Shown here: in pieces, positions 26,798-37,578 of the stretch
How the letters are laid out: each line of letters starts with the position of its first letter
Position numbering within the stretch: the stretch's first letter is position 1
Assembly: GCA_038041915.1 (NCBI GenBank)
Contig: JBBTFH010000184.1
Coordinates: 1 to 41,604, forward strand
Direction of reading: 5' to 3'
Origin: Myxococcota bacterium
GTDB lineage: Bacteria > Myxococcota_A > Polyangia > JBBTFH01
Length of the DNA stretch: 41,604 nt
The notes under the pieces: generated by a model
What the model was told of the DNA's origin: nothing
What the model saw: the letters and a program-made list of their open reading frames with translations, nothing else
Databases searched by the model: none
Position numbers and translations under genes: made by a program

Positions 26798-27250
26798 CTA
26801 TTTCTTCTTCGACGCGCAGTCGACCGCGAGGACGAGCGTTCCGCCGGCGTGCGCTCCGACGACCAGCGGGATCGGATCGCCCTCGCCGACCCTGTAGGTC
26901 GTCGCCACGCCGCCGTAATCCAGCTTGACGCGCAGGAGCGGCTTCTTGTCGCCCTTCACGCGCTCGAGGAACGTCACCACCAGCTTCTTTCCGCTGGGCA
27001 CCTCGACAGCGCTCTCCCGGCCGATCTCCGCGTCGACGGCGTCCTCCTTGATCAGCTTGAACGACTTGAAGCGGTCGAAGGGCGGCTTGCCGAGGAGCGG
27101 CCTCAGCTTGGCGATCTTCTTGTCGACGCCGCCGTCGGCGTCGAGCGCGTGGATCGACCGGACGCGGCAGCGCGCGGGCGGTTCGGCCCAAGCGGGCGCG
27201 GCGAGCGCGGGGGCAAGCAGCAGAAGCAGGTTCGCCGTTGCAAGCCTCAT
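26798..27250 (-). CDS. Small exported protein in the ECF operon
   Basis: SD GAGGAGG; signal peptide MRLATANLLLLLAPALAAPAWA; two Cys near the ends of the mature protein. Confidence 0.75.
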   Translation of the reverse strand: MRLATANLLLLLAPALAAPAWAEPPARCRVRSIHALDADGGVDKKIAKLRPLLGKPPFDRFKSFKLIKEDAVDAEIGRESAVEVPSGKKLVVTFLERVKGDKKPLLRVKLDYGGVATTYRVGEGDPIPLVVGAHAGGTLVLAVDCASKKK

Positions 27251-27251
27251 C

Positions 27252-27817
27252 TCATTCCTCCTCTTCGATCCACACCACGGGTGTTCCGCCTTCGGGCTGA
27301 TCCCAGCGCATGAACGAGCTGCCGGCCGCCACGGTATCGATCGACTCGATCTCGACGATCGGGCGCGTGGCCACCACGGGCCGCTTCTTGGGCGGGTGCA
27401 TGCGCGTCTTCTCGAGCAGGTGGTGCTTCGAGCGCTTGCGGCGCGGCGCGTCGGCCGTCGACTCGCGCGCGGGGCCGCCGCTGATCGCGAGCGTGATGGC
27501 TAAAGTCGCCGCCACGCCGGCCGCCGCGAGCGTCGGAACGAACCAGCGCGCTCGGACCCACTCGCCGGCACGCTCGCCCAGCGTCGGCGGCTTGCGGATG
27601 CCCGCGCGCACGGCGGCCCACGCGCCGGTCGGCGCATCGGCCTCCGCCTGCGCGTGGGCCAGGGCCACACCTTCGCGCAAGAGCACGCGCATCTCGCCGA
27701 GCGCTTCGAGACGCTTGGTCGCGTCCGGGTCGGCGGCGATCTCCTTCTCGACGCGCGCGCGCTCGGCCGGCGCGAGCTCGTCGTCGAAGTAGGCTTGCAA
27801 GTCTTCGTCTCGCACGC

Positions 27818-27821
<4 letters not shown>
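27252..27821 (-). CDS. Membrane anti-sigma factor
   Basis: ATGA overlap with the sigma factor stop; LQAYFDDELAPAERARVE anti-sigma helix; single TM helix; no HxxxCxxC. Confidence 0.82.
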
Positions 27822-28486
<665 letters not shown>

Positions 28487-28587
28487 GAACCGCGCTATTC
28501 AACCCCGGGAGGGCGCGCGGCGCAACCCAAACGGCGCCGGGGAGCCTTGCGTGCGATCGCGCCGTCGCGTAATCGTTACCTCCGGGC

Positions 28588-29604
28588 ATGGAAACGGTCT
28601 TCTCGGGAATTCAGCCGTCGGGCGAGCTGCACCTCGGCAACTACCTCGGGGCGATCCGCAACTGGGTCGCGCTGCAGGAGCAGCACCGCTGCATCTTCTG
28701 CATCGTCGACTACCACGCAATCACAGCTCCGTACGACGCGGTGACGATGCGGCGTCGCACGCTCGACATGGCGGCGAATCTGCTCGCCTGCGGCATCGAC
28801 CCGGCGCGCGCGACCCTGTTCGTGCAGTCGCACGTGCCCGAGCACACCGAGCTTGCCTGGGTCCTGAGCGCGGTCACGCCGATGGGCGAGCTTTCCCGCA
28901 TGACGCAGTTCAAGGAAAAGTCGCAGCAGCAGGCCCGCGGTAGAGGAACGCATCCTTCCGCGGGCACAGAGGCCGATCACGTCAACGTCGGACTCTTCGG
29001 CTATCCGGTGCTCCAGGCCGCCGACATCCTCCTCTACAAGGCGACGCGCGTGCCCGTGGGCAAGGATCAGATCCAGCACCTCGAGCTGGCGCGAGAGATC
29101 GCGCGGCGCTTCAACGCGCGCTTCGGCGAAACGCTGCCCGAGCCGCAGCCGCTGCTCTCGTCGACGCCGAAGATCATGGGGCTCGACGGCCAAGCCAAGA
29201 TGTCCAAGAGCCTCGGCAACACCATCGGGCTGCTCGAGGAGCCGGACGCCGCGCGCGCGAAGCTCAGGACCGCCTTCACCGACCCGCAGCGCCTCCGGCG
29301 CAGCGATCCAGGGCGACCCGAAGTGTGCAACGTCTTCACCATGCATGGCTTCTTCAGCGACGAGGCCAGGCTCGCCGAGATCGACGCGGGCTGCCGCACG
29401 GCGTCGCTCGGCTGCGTCGACTGCAAGAAGCTGCTCGCCGACGGGATGCTCGCGCGCCTCGAGCCGATCCGCGAGCGTGCCCGCGCGCTGCGGGCCGACG
29501 AGACGCGTGTGGCGGAAGTGCTGCGCGAAGGCGCGGAGCGCTGCCGCGTGATCGCGCGCGAGACCATGCGCGAGGTACGCGAGAAGCTGGGACTGCTTGG
29601 GTAA
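28588..29604 (+). CDS. trpS: Tryptophan--tRNA ligase
   Basis: FSGIQPSGELHLGNYLGA, YPVLQAADILLY, VPVGKDQIQH, KMSKS. Confidence 0.97.
   Translation: METVFSGIQPSGELHLGNYLGAIRNWVALQEQHRCIFCIVDYHAITAPYDAVTMRRRTLDMAANLLACGIDPARATLFVQSHVPEHTELAWVLSAVTPMGELSRMTQFKEKSQQQARGRGTHPSAGTEADHVNVGLFGYPVLQAADILLYKATRVPVGKDQIQHLELAREIARRFNARFGETLPEPQPLLSSTPKIMGLDGQAKMSKSLGNTIGLLEEPDAARAKLRTAFTDPQRLRRSDPGRPEVCNVFTMHGFFSDEARLAEIDAGCRTASLGCVDCKKLLADGMLARLEPIRERARALRADETRVAEVLREGAERCRVIARETMREVREKLGLLG
28933..28965 (+). repeat. 33-bp hairpin-forming in-frame insertion in trpS
   Basis: GCCCGCGG-TAG-AGGA-ACGCA-TCCT-T-CCGCGGGC; exactly 11 codons (ARGRGTHPSAG). Confidence 0.65.
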
Positions 29605-29989
29605 GGCTCTCGCGCTGCTCGTGCTTGCCGCGTGCTCGGGCGCGGGCGATCAGCAGCCCGACGAGGTCGCGCGGCGGTTCCTGCGCGCGGCGGCGGGAGG
29701 CGACGCGCGAGCGGTATTTTCGCTCCTCGACGAGACGACGCGCGCCGAGCTCGGCCGGCTGGCCGCTCGTGGCTCCGAGCAGGCCGGCGCCGGCGTGCGG
29801 CTGCGCGCCAGCGAGATGATCGCCTCGGGCCTGCGCGAGCGCTCGGCGCCGCCACCCGCTGTGCGCATGAAGGAGCGAAGCGCCGACCGCTGCGTCGTTC
29901 GCATCGAGTCAGGCGCGCGATCCGAGAATCTCGAGCTTCACCGCGAAAACGGCGAATGGCGCGTCCGTCTCGATCTCGGGGCGCGTTAG
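29597..29989 (+). CDS. Small lipoprotein (NTF2/DUF4878-like)
   Basis: TTG start overlapping the trpS end; lipobox LAAC; PDEVARRFLRAAAGGD...LHRENGEWRV. Confidence 0.7.
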   Translation: MGKALALLVLAACSGAGDQQPDEVARRFLRAAAGGDARAVFSLLDETTRAELGRLAARGSEQAGAGVRLRASEMIASGLRERSAPPPAVRMKERSADRCVVRIESGARSENLELHRENGEWRVRLDLGAR

Positions 29990-30024
29990 GCGGTGGCCGG
30001 GCCAAGTGAGCCGCGCGGCCGTGC

Positions 30025-31773
30025 TCACCCGCCGGCAGGCGTGCAGTCGGGCAGCGGCGGACCGGGCCAGGGCGATGGGTTGTCCTCGTCGATGGGCTCG
30101 GCTTCGAACGTCGTACTGAAGGGCTCGTCGCCGACGAGGAAGCGCCCGACGTACCAGAAGCGGTCGGGCGCGAGCGTCATCTGGCCGAGCGGCTCCCACG
30201 GGCCGTCGTTCATCAGAATCCATGGGTTTCCCGTGACGCCGTCACTCACCGAGCGGACGTAGAGGCCGACGTGATAGCAGCCGGGCGGCGGGTCAGCGTA
30301 GTAGACGCCGCTTTCGTCGCAGATCTCTATACGCACGAAAGGATCTTGCAGCGCGTCGACACACTCGCGAGGCACGTTCGGGCAGGGCTCGTCGAGGCAG
30401 CGGCAGAAGGCCGCGTTCTCGACGATCGGCCGGCACTCGTCTGCGCTCGTGCACGGCTGACCGGTGCCGCGCCGCGGCTCGCCCCAGTCGGGGAACAGGT
30501 TGGCGCGGTGGCAATCGTCGACCAGGCTGCCCCAGAAGCGCTCGGCGCCCGCGTCGCGGAGCAGATGCACGTAGACCCAGTCGTCTTCGTCCGCCTCGTG
30601 CAGAAAGTCGAACGTGAAGGCGTTCGGGATGGCGAGGATCTCGACCTCGACCGGTGGAGCCCAGGCCGTGCAGCCGCCCGCCGGGTCGCACAGACCGCCC
30701 TCGGCGCAGATCCCACCCTCGCAGAGAAGCGCGCAGCAGTCGGCGTCGGAGCGGCACCCATCGCCGGAACGACCGAGACCGCAGGCGGCACGCCGGGCTC
30801 CGACGCGCAACTCGAAGCGGTATCGGCCCGGATTGTCGGGATGAAAGCAGGACACCTCCGCGTCGCGCTGGTCTCCCCGGCAGAAAATCGATCCCGCCGT
30901 ATCGAACCCCGCGGGATCCTGCGTCTCGCCCCGGTTGAACTGCGGCGCGGTGACGCTGGCGTCGGGAAACTCGAGGGCCCGCCACGCGTATACTGTCTCG
31001 CCCGGCCCGCGGCTGCCGGCCGAATCGAGCGCGACCGGCTGGCGCACCCAGCGCGTCCTTTGCGGCTCGGCCGAGGCGCGCGCGATCGGCGTCCCGGAGA
31101 GCGCGGCGCGCGCCGCCGCCGCCGTCTCTGTATCCGGCTCCGCCACGACCTCGGCCAGGCCGCTGGCCTCCGGATCTTCACGGTACTCGACGGCCCAATC
31201 CCACGCCTCGCCGGGGCCGAGCACGCCGGCCGCGCCGCCGGTCAGCGCGAACTCGGTGCTCCCCTCGATGCGAGGCGCCGACACAGGAACCTCCTCGTCG
31301 CCCGTGTTGACCAGGCGCAGCGCCGCGGGTGCGGCAGCGTCGGGCCGCAGCACGAAGTCGACGGCCTCCGGCTCGAACGCGAGCCGCGGCGCCGTCGCGC
31401 GAATCGGCACATCGACCAGCGCCGCGCCGTCGCGATCGTAAAAGACCAACCGCCGCTGGTACGGGCCGAGATACGCTCGGACGTAGGTCAGCTCGATGAC
31501 GCAGGCCTCGCCGCCGCCGAGGTCGAGATCTTCGCGCGCGCAGCCGTTCTGCTCGGCCGGCACGGCCGTGAGCTGCGCGGAGGCCGGATCGAACGCGACG
31601 CGCGCGATGTGAACGGCCGCGCTGCCGGCGTTGCGCACGGTCACCACCGCGCTCCGAGCCTCGCCGAGCGGAGCGTGATCGAAGGTGATCGAGCCGGGAT
31701 CGGCGAAAAGCCCGGAGGCCGACTGCCCGCAGCCGGCGAGCGTGACGGCAATGACCGCGAGCGTCCGGCTCAC
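30025..31773 (-). CDS. Surface lipoprotein with Ig-like (ASH/choice-of-anchor D), PKD-like and Cys-rich segments
   Basis: Lipobox LAGC; repeats ITF...VTVRNAGS and VDF...LRLVNTGD; VALDSAGS...YAW; Cys-rich CRSDADCC and CTSADEC. Confidence 0.75.
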   Translation of the reverse strand: MSRTLAVIAVTLAGCGQSASGLFADPGSITFDHAPLGEARSAVVTVRNAGSAAVHIARVAFDPASAQLTAVPAEQNGCAREDLDLGGGEACVIELTYVRAYLGPYQRRLVFYDRDGAALVDVPIRATAPRLAFEPEAVDFVLRPDAAAPAALRLVNTGDEEVPVSAPRIEGSTEFALTGGAAGVLGPGEAWDWAVEYREDPEASGLAEVVAEPDTETAAAARAALSGTPIARASAEPQRTRWVRQPVALDSAGSRGPGETVYAWRALEFPDASVTAPQFNRGETQDPAGFDTAGSIFCRGDQRDAEVSCFHPDNPGRYRFELRVGARRAACGLGRSGDGCRSDADCCALLCEGGICAEGGLCDPAGGCTAWAPPVEVEILAIPNAFTFDFLHEADEDDWVYVHLLRDAGAERFWGSLVDDCHRANLFPDWGEPRRGTGQPCTSADECRPIVENAAFCRCLDEPCPNVPRECVDALQDPFVRIEICDESGVYYADPPPGCYHVGLYVRSVSDGVTGNPWILMNDGPWEPLGQMTLAPDRFWYVGRFLVGDEPFSTTFEAEPIDEDNPSPWPGPPLPDCTPAGG

Positions 31774-33726
31774 GGCGCGAACAGCGGCGAGGTCGGAGTC
31801 GCCGCGATGCGCGCGCGATACCTTGCCACGTCATGCCGCACCGCCTGCTGCACGGCGCAGTCGCGGATGCCGTCGTCGGCGTCGGGCGCCTGGCTCCGGC
31901 CGCAACCGTCCAACCGCGGGTCTATCGCCTCGTCGATCGTACGGAGCGCCGACGGAATATCGCCCGCCTTGATCAAGGCGTGGACGGCCTCCAGCTCGTT
32001 CTCCAGCGCACAGCACGGGCAAATAGGCGGCGCCGGCGAGATGCACCCGGGCAGGTGGTCGACGATCTCGTTCCGCGCGATGTAGCCAAGGATCGGGCCG
32101 AACTCGATGTTCTCGTCGGGCGCGAGCGGCGGCGGCGCGTAGGCCAGCGCATCCGGCGCGGGCATCTCGCCATCGAGCCACGGCGGTGGCAGCAGCAGCA
32201 CCGGGTCGATCGCCGCGACCGCTCCGGTGTCGAGCTGGACATGCCAGAGTGCGGCCGCCGTCACGCCGAGAGCCTCGTCCTTGATGCTCGTCGCGAGGAT
32301 CACGTCGTCCACGTCGGCGCGGTAGACGATGTCCTCCGCCTGACCAACGGTGAGACCGCCGTTGATGGATGCGGAAAGGACGGGCTTGGGCACCTCATCC
32401 AGGAACCCGAGAAAGACGGGTTCGCTGGACACGACCGGCGTATCCTGCCAGACAGTCAGCGGGATTGCGGCGCCGGAAGGCTCCGTGGCAAACGACAGCC
32501 CGAAGACATGCTTGAATTCTCTACCGGGAACGTCCCCGGTTCCTTCAATCGGCACCGAGGTCAAAATCAGGCCCGTCGTGGTGTCGATCGCGTGCACGTA
32601 GTGACTCGTATCCAAGGCATCGGAGGCCGAACCGACGCCCCACAAAGCGCCGAGGTCGTACGACGTAGCGCCAAAGAATCCGTACCCCGTCGCGAATGAG
32701 AATGACGTCACAGCCGGCGGCGTGAGCGCGCAGACCGAGCAGGCAGAGCCCGTGGCCGGGTCGATCGCGACCAGGCTCGCCTTGTTGGGCAGGCACGACC
32801 CGGGCGCTGGCGAACACGCTCCCGGCACCTCCGCCCAGCCCCACAGGAGGCCGTCGGCGAACGCGAGCGCCGTGAGCCGTGCATACGCGAGCTCGAGCGC
32901 CGTGAGCGCCGCGCCGGACGGGCAGTCGGGATCCGGAGAGCAGCTCGAGTCGAGTAGGTACGCGCCCAAATCCTCACTCGCGCCGGTCTCGTGGTCGATC
33001 CGGCGCACGCTCGTGAATCCGGCGTCGCCCAGCTTGAAGCTCGCGTAGAGATCGCCCGCGCCCACCCAGTCGCCTGGGATGGTGATGACGACATCCATCG
33101 AATCCATGCCGAAATAGCCCTCGTCGATCCCGAGGCCCGCGGCGTCGCCGCCGGTCGCCAGCGCGAGGACGCGCACGGGGCCCTCCACGGGGCTGCCGAC
33201 GCGAAGCACCGCGCGATGAACCGGCACGCGCACGCCGTCCTCGGCAAGCACTTTCGACGGTTCCCGGCTGCGGCGCTGGATCGGTCGCGGGCGACTCATG
33301 GCGACTATATCGCCGTCCTTCTCGACGCCGAGGCGCACCCCGTGCACCGAGGAGGTGGCGACGATCTCGGCCTCGATCATCGACCCGCGCACCGACACCG
33401 ATTCGATGCGCACGTGCGCCACTTCCGCCAAGACTCGGCGCGGGGACACGCTGGCCGGGACGCCGTTCAGGCGCACGGGGCGAAGCGTGCCGTCCTGCGC
33501 AGGATCGAGCGCGTAGACCTCGCCGGGGATGAGGCCGCTTTGGCTTGCGCGCACGAGGCCATCGGACGTGCCGTGAGGCGATATGAAACGAATCAAGCGT
33601 GAGGCCGGCGGCTCGGGCGCCGGATCGCCAAAGCGATGCCGAGGCGGAATCGGAGCGTCAACCTCAGGCTGCCCCCCCCCTGCAAGAAGCGAGCGTTACT
33701 GCGATCACGACCCAAGAAACTTTCAT
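31770..33726 (-). pseudogene. Lipoprotein gene frameshifted in a G9 tract (body ORF 31770-33596; signal peptide ORF from 33726)
   Basis: SD GGAGG, then MKVSWVVIAVTLASC and G9 (33672-33680), then TGA. Removing one G joins the signal peptide in frame to the 608-aa ORF (33726-33596 = 130 = 43x3+1). Confidence 0.7.
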
Positions 33727-33935
33727 GGCATTCCTCCGGTTTGGTTGGGTGGCGAAGCGTACCCGATTCATGCGTTGAAGCAGCGCCGAATCGTCCGAGA
33801 CGCGTCCGAGACGCGGAGGGGCGCCTCGGCGGCCGATCTGGGCACCGACCTGATCCCGGCGCGGACCCATACCCAAGCCAGGATTCGCTCCCTTTACGTC
33901 CGCGTCCGCGTTTGCGACAGCGTTGCGAAGCCGCG

Positions 33936-34823
33936 TCAGCGAGCGGTATCTGGGCCGCCCGCCAAAAACTCCTCGACGTCGCGGTTGAAGCGGTCGGGCT
34001 CGTCGATCATCGGGCAGTGCCCGGCGTCGGCGTACACGATCAGCCGCGAGCCGGGAATGCGCCGCCGCAGCGGCTTGGCGGCGGTGACCGGGAGCAGCAG
34101 ATCCTTGCCTCCCCAGACGATCAGCGTCGGCGCGGCGATCTCGCCGGCGCGCTCGACCATGTGACAGCGCACGACCCCGTGCATCGCGCGCAGCGCGGCG
34201 CGCAGGTAGAGCGGGTAGTCGGGGCTCTCCATGCCGGCGAGGTAGAAGCGGGTGAAGCGCGCGGCCTTGTCGGGGCGCGTTGGAAAGACCAGCTTGAAGA
34301 GCAGCGCCACCGTCGGCGCCGGAACCCGCGGAAGGCCCTTCCAGCCGCCGCCGCGGCCCCGCCGCGCGAGCGCGAGCGCGTGCAGGAGCAGCGAGATCGC
34401 GCGGCGCGGATACGCCGACACTCCGGCGGGCGAGACCAGCACGAGGCTTGAGACCGCGCGCGGGTGCGCGAGCGCGAACGCCATCGCTACTTGCCCGCCG
34501 AGCGAGTTGCCGACGAGTGTCGCGCGCGCGATGTGCTTGGCGTGGAGGAAGCGCGCGAGCACGCCCACGAAGTAGTGAACCGAGTAGTCGACGTCCGGCT
34601 TGTCGGAGCGGCCGAACCCGGGGAGATCGAGTGCGATCGCTCGGTGTCGCTGCGCGAAGTGCGCCGTCTGCGGCCACCAGAAGTCGAGCGTGGCGGTGAG
34701 GCCGTGGATGAAGACGATCGGCGCGCCGGCCCCTTCGTCGACGTGCACGAGGCGGACACCGTCGACGTCGACCGCGTGAAGGGCCCGCGCCCGCCTGGCG
34801 GGTTCGGGCGCGGCCGGCGTCAG
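33936..34823 (-). CDS. Alpha/beta fold hydrolase; start uncertain (CTG 34823 or GTG 34748)
   Basis: IVFIHGL, DLPGFGRSDKP, nucleophile elbow GNSLGG, WGGKD, AGHCP. Confidence 0.88.
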   Translation of the reverse strand: MTPAAPEPARRARALHAVDVDGVRLVHVDEGAGAPIVFIHGLTATLDFWWPQTAHFAQRHRAIALDLPGFGRSDKPDVDYSVHYFVGVLARFLHAKHIARATLVGNSLGGQVAMAFALAHPRAVSSLVLVSPAGVSAYPRRAISLLLHALALARRGRGGGWKGLPRVPAPTVALLFKLVFPTRPDKAARFTRFYLAGMESPDYPLYLRAALRAMHGVVRCHMVERAGEIAAPTLIVWGGKDLLLPVTAAKPLRRRIPGSRLIVYADAGHCPMIDEPDRFNRDVEEFLAGGPDTAR

Positions 34824-35926
34824 AAGCGACCTCCGACCGCGATGGCGGCGGTGTCGCCATTCGCGTCGGCGGCGATCCAGCCGTTCCAGAAGCAGAATCC
34901 GGTCGCGGCGGCGCCCGCGGCGGTGACGCCGACGAGCACGTTGGTGAGCAGTGCGCGCGAGCGGCCGCGGTCGCAGGCGCGGACGACGTCGGACGCGGCC
35001 TCGTCCTCGGCCTCCGCGCAGGCGTCGTCGCCCTCGCTGGCCTCGATGTAGCCCTGGGCGTCGGGATCGCCGCCCTCGCGCGACGCGAGGATCGCCGCCT
35101 GCCTGTCGTCCTCGATGCCGCGCAGCGAGAGGCCTGCCCAGACCGCGGCGCCGCCGGCCACGGCCGTCGCGCCCAGCCCGATCCACAGCGCCGTGCGCCA
35201 GCCGCTTCCGGGCGTCGTGTCGCCGCCCTGCGCGAGCCTCGCCTCAACGTCGGGCTTGAGCGGCACGAGCGTGACGTCGACCTCGACCGTCTCGCGCGGC
35301 GCCACGCGCACCGTCTCGGCCCACAGCTCGTAGCCGTCGAGGCGCACCTCGACGAGCCGCCGCCCCGGGTCCACGTCGCCTATGACAACCGGCTCTCGCT
35401 GTGCGACCCCGCCGCTCTGCCCATCGACCATCACCTCGGCGCCGTACGGCTTCACGGTTACGCGTAGCCGCCCGCGCGGCCGGTCGCCGGCGAGCTCTTG
35501 GATCCAGCGGCCGGCCTCGAGCACCAGGCGCTGCGAAGTCGCCTCGGAGCGCGGCAGGCGATCCTCGACGGTGCGCTCGATCCGCGCGCCCTCCACGTCG
35601 AGCATCTTGAGCGTGACCATGATCGTGTCGCCGGCGTTGCGCAGCGTACCGTAGACGAGCTTATCCGCCCCGAGCGCCGCGCCGGCGCGTACCAGGCACT
35701 CGGTGTCTTCGCTGCCTTCGCAAAAGACCAGCTTGGTCTCGACGAAGTCGCGCGCCGGGACCAGCCGCCAGCCGAAGCTGGCCGCCTGCGAGCGAAGACC
35801 GTCGCCGAGCGCGAGCCCGAGGCTGACGGGCAGATCCCGCGCTTCGACGCCGAGGATCGCGATCCGCGTGGGAGGCGCCTCGGCCAGCGCCGCGGACGCG
35901 ACGAGGACGCCGACGAGGTGCCTCAC
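34820..35926 (-). CDS. PEGA-domain exported/membrane protein
   Basis: GTG start, signal peptide; GRLRVTVKPYGAEVMVDG...PGRRLVEVRLDGYE; C-terminal hydrophobic hairpin and terminal GGRF. Confidence 0.8.
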   Translation of the reverse strand: MRHLVGVLVASAALAEAPPTRIAILGVEARDLPVSLGLALGDGLRSQAASFGWRLVPARDFVETKLVFCEGSEDTECLVRAGAALGADKLVYGTLRNAGDTIMVTLKMLDVEGARIERTVEDRLPRSEATSQRLVLEAGRWIQELAGDRPRGRLRVTVKPYGAEVMVDGQSGGVAQREPVVIGDVDPGRRLVEVRLDGYELWAETVRVAPRETVEVDVTLVPLKPDVEARLAQGGDTTPGSGWRTALWIGLGATAVAGGAAVWAGLSLRGIEDDRQAAILASREGGDPDAQGYIEASEGDDACAEAEDEAASDVVRACDRGRSRALLTNVLVGVTAAGAAATGFCFWNGWIAADANGDTAAIAVGGRF

Positions 35927-35976
35927 GAGCCGAATATACCAGCCGGGGGGGGGCGAGCGGCGAAGGACGCGCTGAA

Positions 35977-37578
35977 TCAATCCCCGGACCGAAGCGCGTC
36001 GCCATCGGGGACGTAGAGCTCGATCGACGTCTGACCGGTCCACCCCCCCTTGCCGTCGGGGCTGGTGGCGCCGCCGGCGATCAAGATCATCTGGTTGTCG
36101 AGCTTCGCCATCGCGTGCCAGAGGCGCCCGCCGGCGGCGAGGTTGATGAGTCCCCCCGATTCGCCGGTGCTCGGGCTCCATATCTCGGCGGTGTCTTGCG
36201 GCACGCCGGAGTCGTGTCCCCCGACGACGAGGAAGCGATCGGCGTCGATGCTGATCATCGTCGGGAAGGCTCGAGGCTCGCGCAGCGTCCTGCTGCCGAC
36301 CGGCGCCGGGATCGTCTCGAGGGTGTAGATCTCGACGCTCGTCATCGCGCTGCCGTTGGCGCCGATTCCTCCGGCGACGACGATCTCGGCTCCGGCCGCG
36401 CCGAGGAGAGCGGCGGCGTGGCCGTAGCGCTCCCGAACCCCGCCGTTTTCGACCACGTCGAAGCTTCCGGCGGCATCCGGGTCCGGGCACGCTGGGCGCT
36501 CCTCCGGATTCTGGCCTGGGCAGAAGACCATCGGTCCCGCGTGGTACCGCTCGACGGTTTCGTCCTCGGCGGGGCTTCCGTCGTCGCCTGCGCCCCCGAT
36601 GATCGCGACGTCCTCGCCGAGCGCGGTCGCGGTCGGCCACATTCGGGCCTCGACCATGTTTCCATCGACGGCGCCGAACTGCCCGCTCCGGCCCAGTGGC
36701 GTGAACTCGTCGGCCGTGCGCGATGCGGTCACCGAAAGGTCGCCCAGGGCGATCGGAAGTTCGGCGCCGGCTGCGACCTGCCCGCCGCCGACGAGCAGCA
36801 CCTCACTGCTGAGCAGCGCAGCCGCGGCGTGGCCGAAGCGCGGCTCGCGCATGGCCCCATCCGCGGCCTGAAAGGTCTCGTCGCCGGGATCGAAGACATC
36901 GGCCGTCGGGGTCGCCTGGACCGAATTGCCGCCGATCGTGAGGCCGCCGGCGAGGAGCACCCTTTTCACGCCGCTGGCGTTGCGCTTGAGCGTCGTCGCC
37001 GTGTGCCACGCGCGCGGCGTCGACATCGACGGGGCGGGATCGAGGCCGCCCGTGTCGGGATCGTAGAGAAAAGCCTCGGCGTGGATGCTCGTGAGCTTGC
37101 CGTCGCTGTCGATCTCGGCGCCGCCCGCGAGGAGCACTCGGCCGCCTTCGAGCGAGGTCGCCGACATGCCGGCGAGTCCAAACTCGAGCGCGACGTCGTC
37201 TCCCGACTCCTTCCGCGCGGTGAAGAAGGCGCCGGCCTTGCCGACGCTGATCGTCGTCTGGCGATCCTCGCCGGCAAACCGATAGCACGCCGAGCCGCCG
37301 TAGCCGACGATGTTCTCCTGGCCGTCGAGAAGCCGGACCTCGACGCGGTAGCTGTCGTAGCCGAGCTCGCCGAGGGTGCCCGAGCCGTCCGCTCGCTGGA
37401 AGCTCTCGACCGGCCGGCAATCGTTGCACTCGTTGGAGCAGAGCGAGACCTGGATGTCGGTGGCGCTGGCGAAGGGATCTTCCTCGGAGGCCGAGACCAG
37501 CGTGATCGACCACTGCGATCCCGCGGGCGCGCAGGCCGCGGCGAGCGCGAGAATGGGGGCAAAGCGAGAAGTCGTCAT
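35977..37578 (-). CDS. Kelch-repeat beta-propeller lipoprotein
   Basis: ATGA overlap with the upstream gene; lipobox LAAAC; repeats PRAWHTATTL..VLLAGG, PRFGHAAAAL..VLLVGG, RYGHAAALL..IVVAGG. Confidence 0.85.
   Translation of the reverse strand: MTTSRFAPILALAAACAPAGSQWSITLVSASEEDPFASATDIQVSLCSNECNDCRPVESFQRADGSGTLGELGYDSYRVEVRLLDGQENIVGYGGSACYRFAGEDRQTTISVGKAGAFFTARKESGDDVALEFGLAGMSATSLEGGRVLLAGGAEIDSDGKLTSIHAEAFLYDPDTGGLDPAPSMSTPRAWHTATTLKRNASGVKRVLLAGGLTIGGNSVQATPTADVFDPGDETFQAADGAMREPRFGHAAAALLSSEVLLVGGGQVAAGAELPIALGDLSVTASRTADEFTPLGRSGQFGAVDGNMVEARMWPTATALGEDVAIIGGAGDDGSPAEDETVERYHAGPMVFCPGQNPEERPACPDPDAAGSFDVVENGGVRERYGHAAALLGAAGAEIVVAGGIGANGSAMTSVEIYTLETIPAPVGSRTLREPRAFPTMISIDADRFLVVGGHDSGVPQDTAEIWSPSTGESGGLINLAAGGRLWHAMAKLDNQMILIAGGATSPDGKGGWTGQTSIELYVPDGDALRSGD

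Noticed and set aside
33664-33666. TGA readthrough or selenocysteine as an explanation of the short signal-peptide ORF
   Set aside because: The body ORF is in a different frame, so only a 1-nt change in the G tract joins them.
33850-33930. Degenerate hexamer-periodic intergenic stretch (TACGTC CGCGTC CGCGTT TGCGAC AGCGTT) as ncRNA or CRISPR
   Set aside because: No repeat-spacer structure, no cas genes, no recognisable RNA family; low-complexity only.
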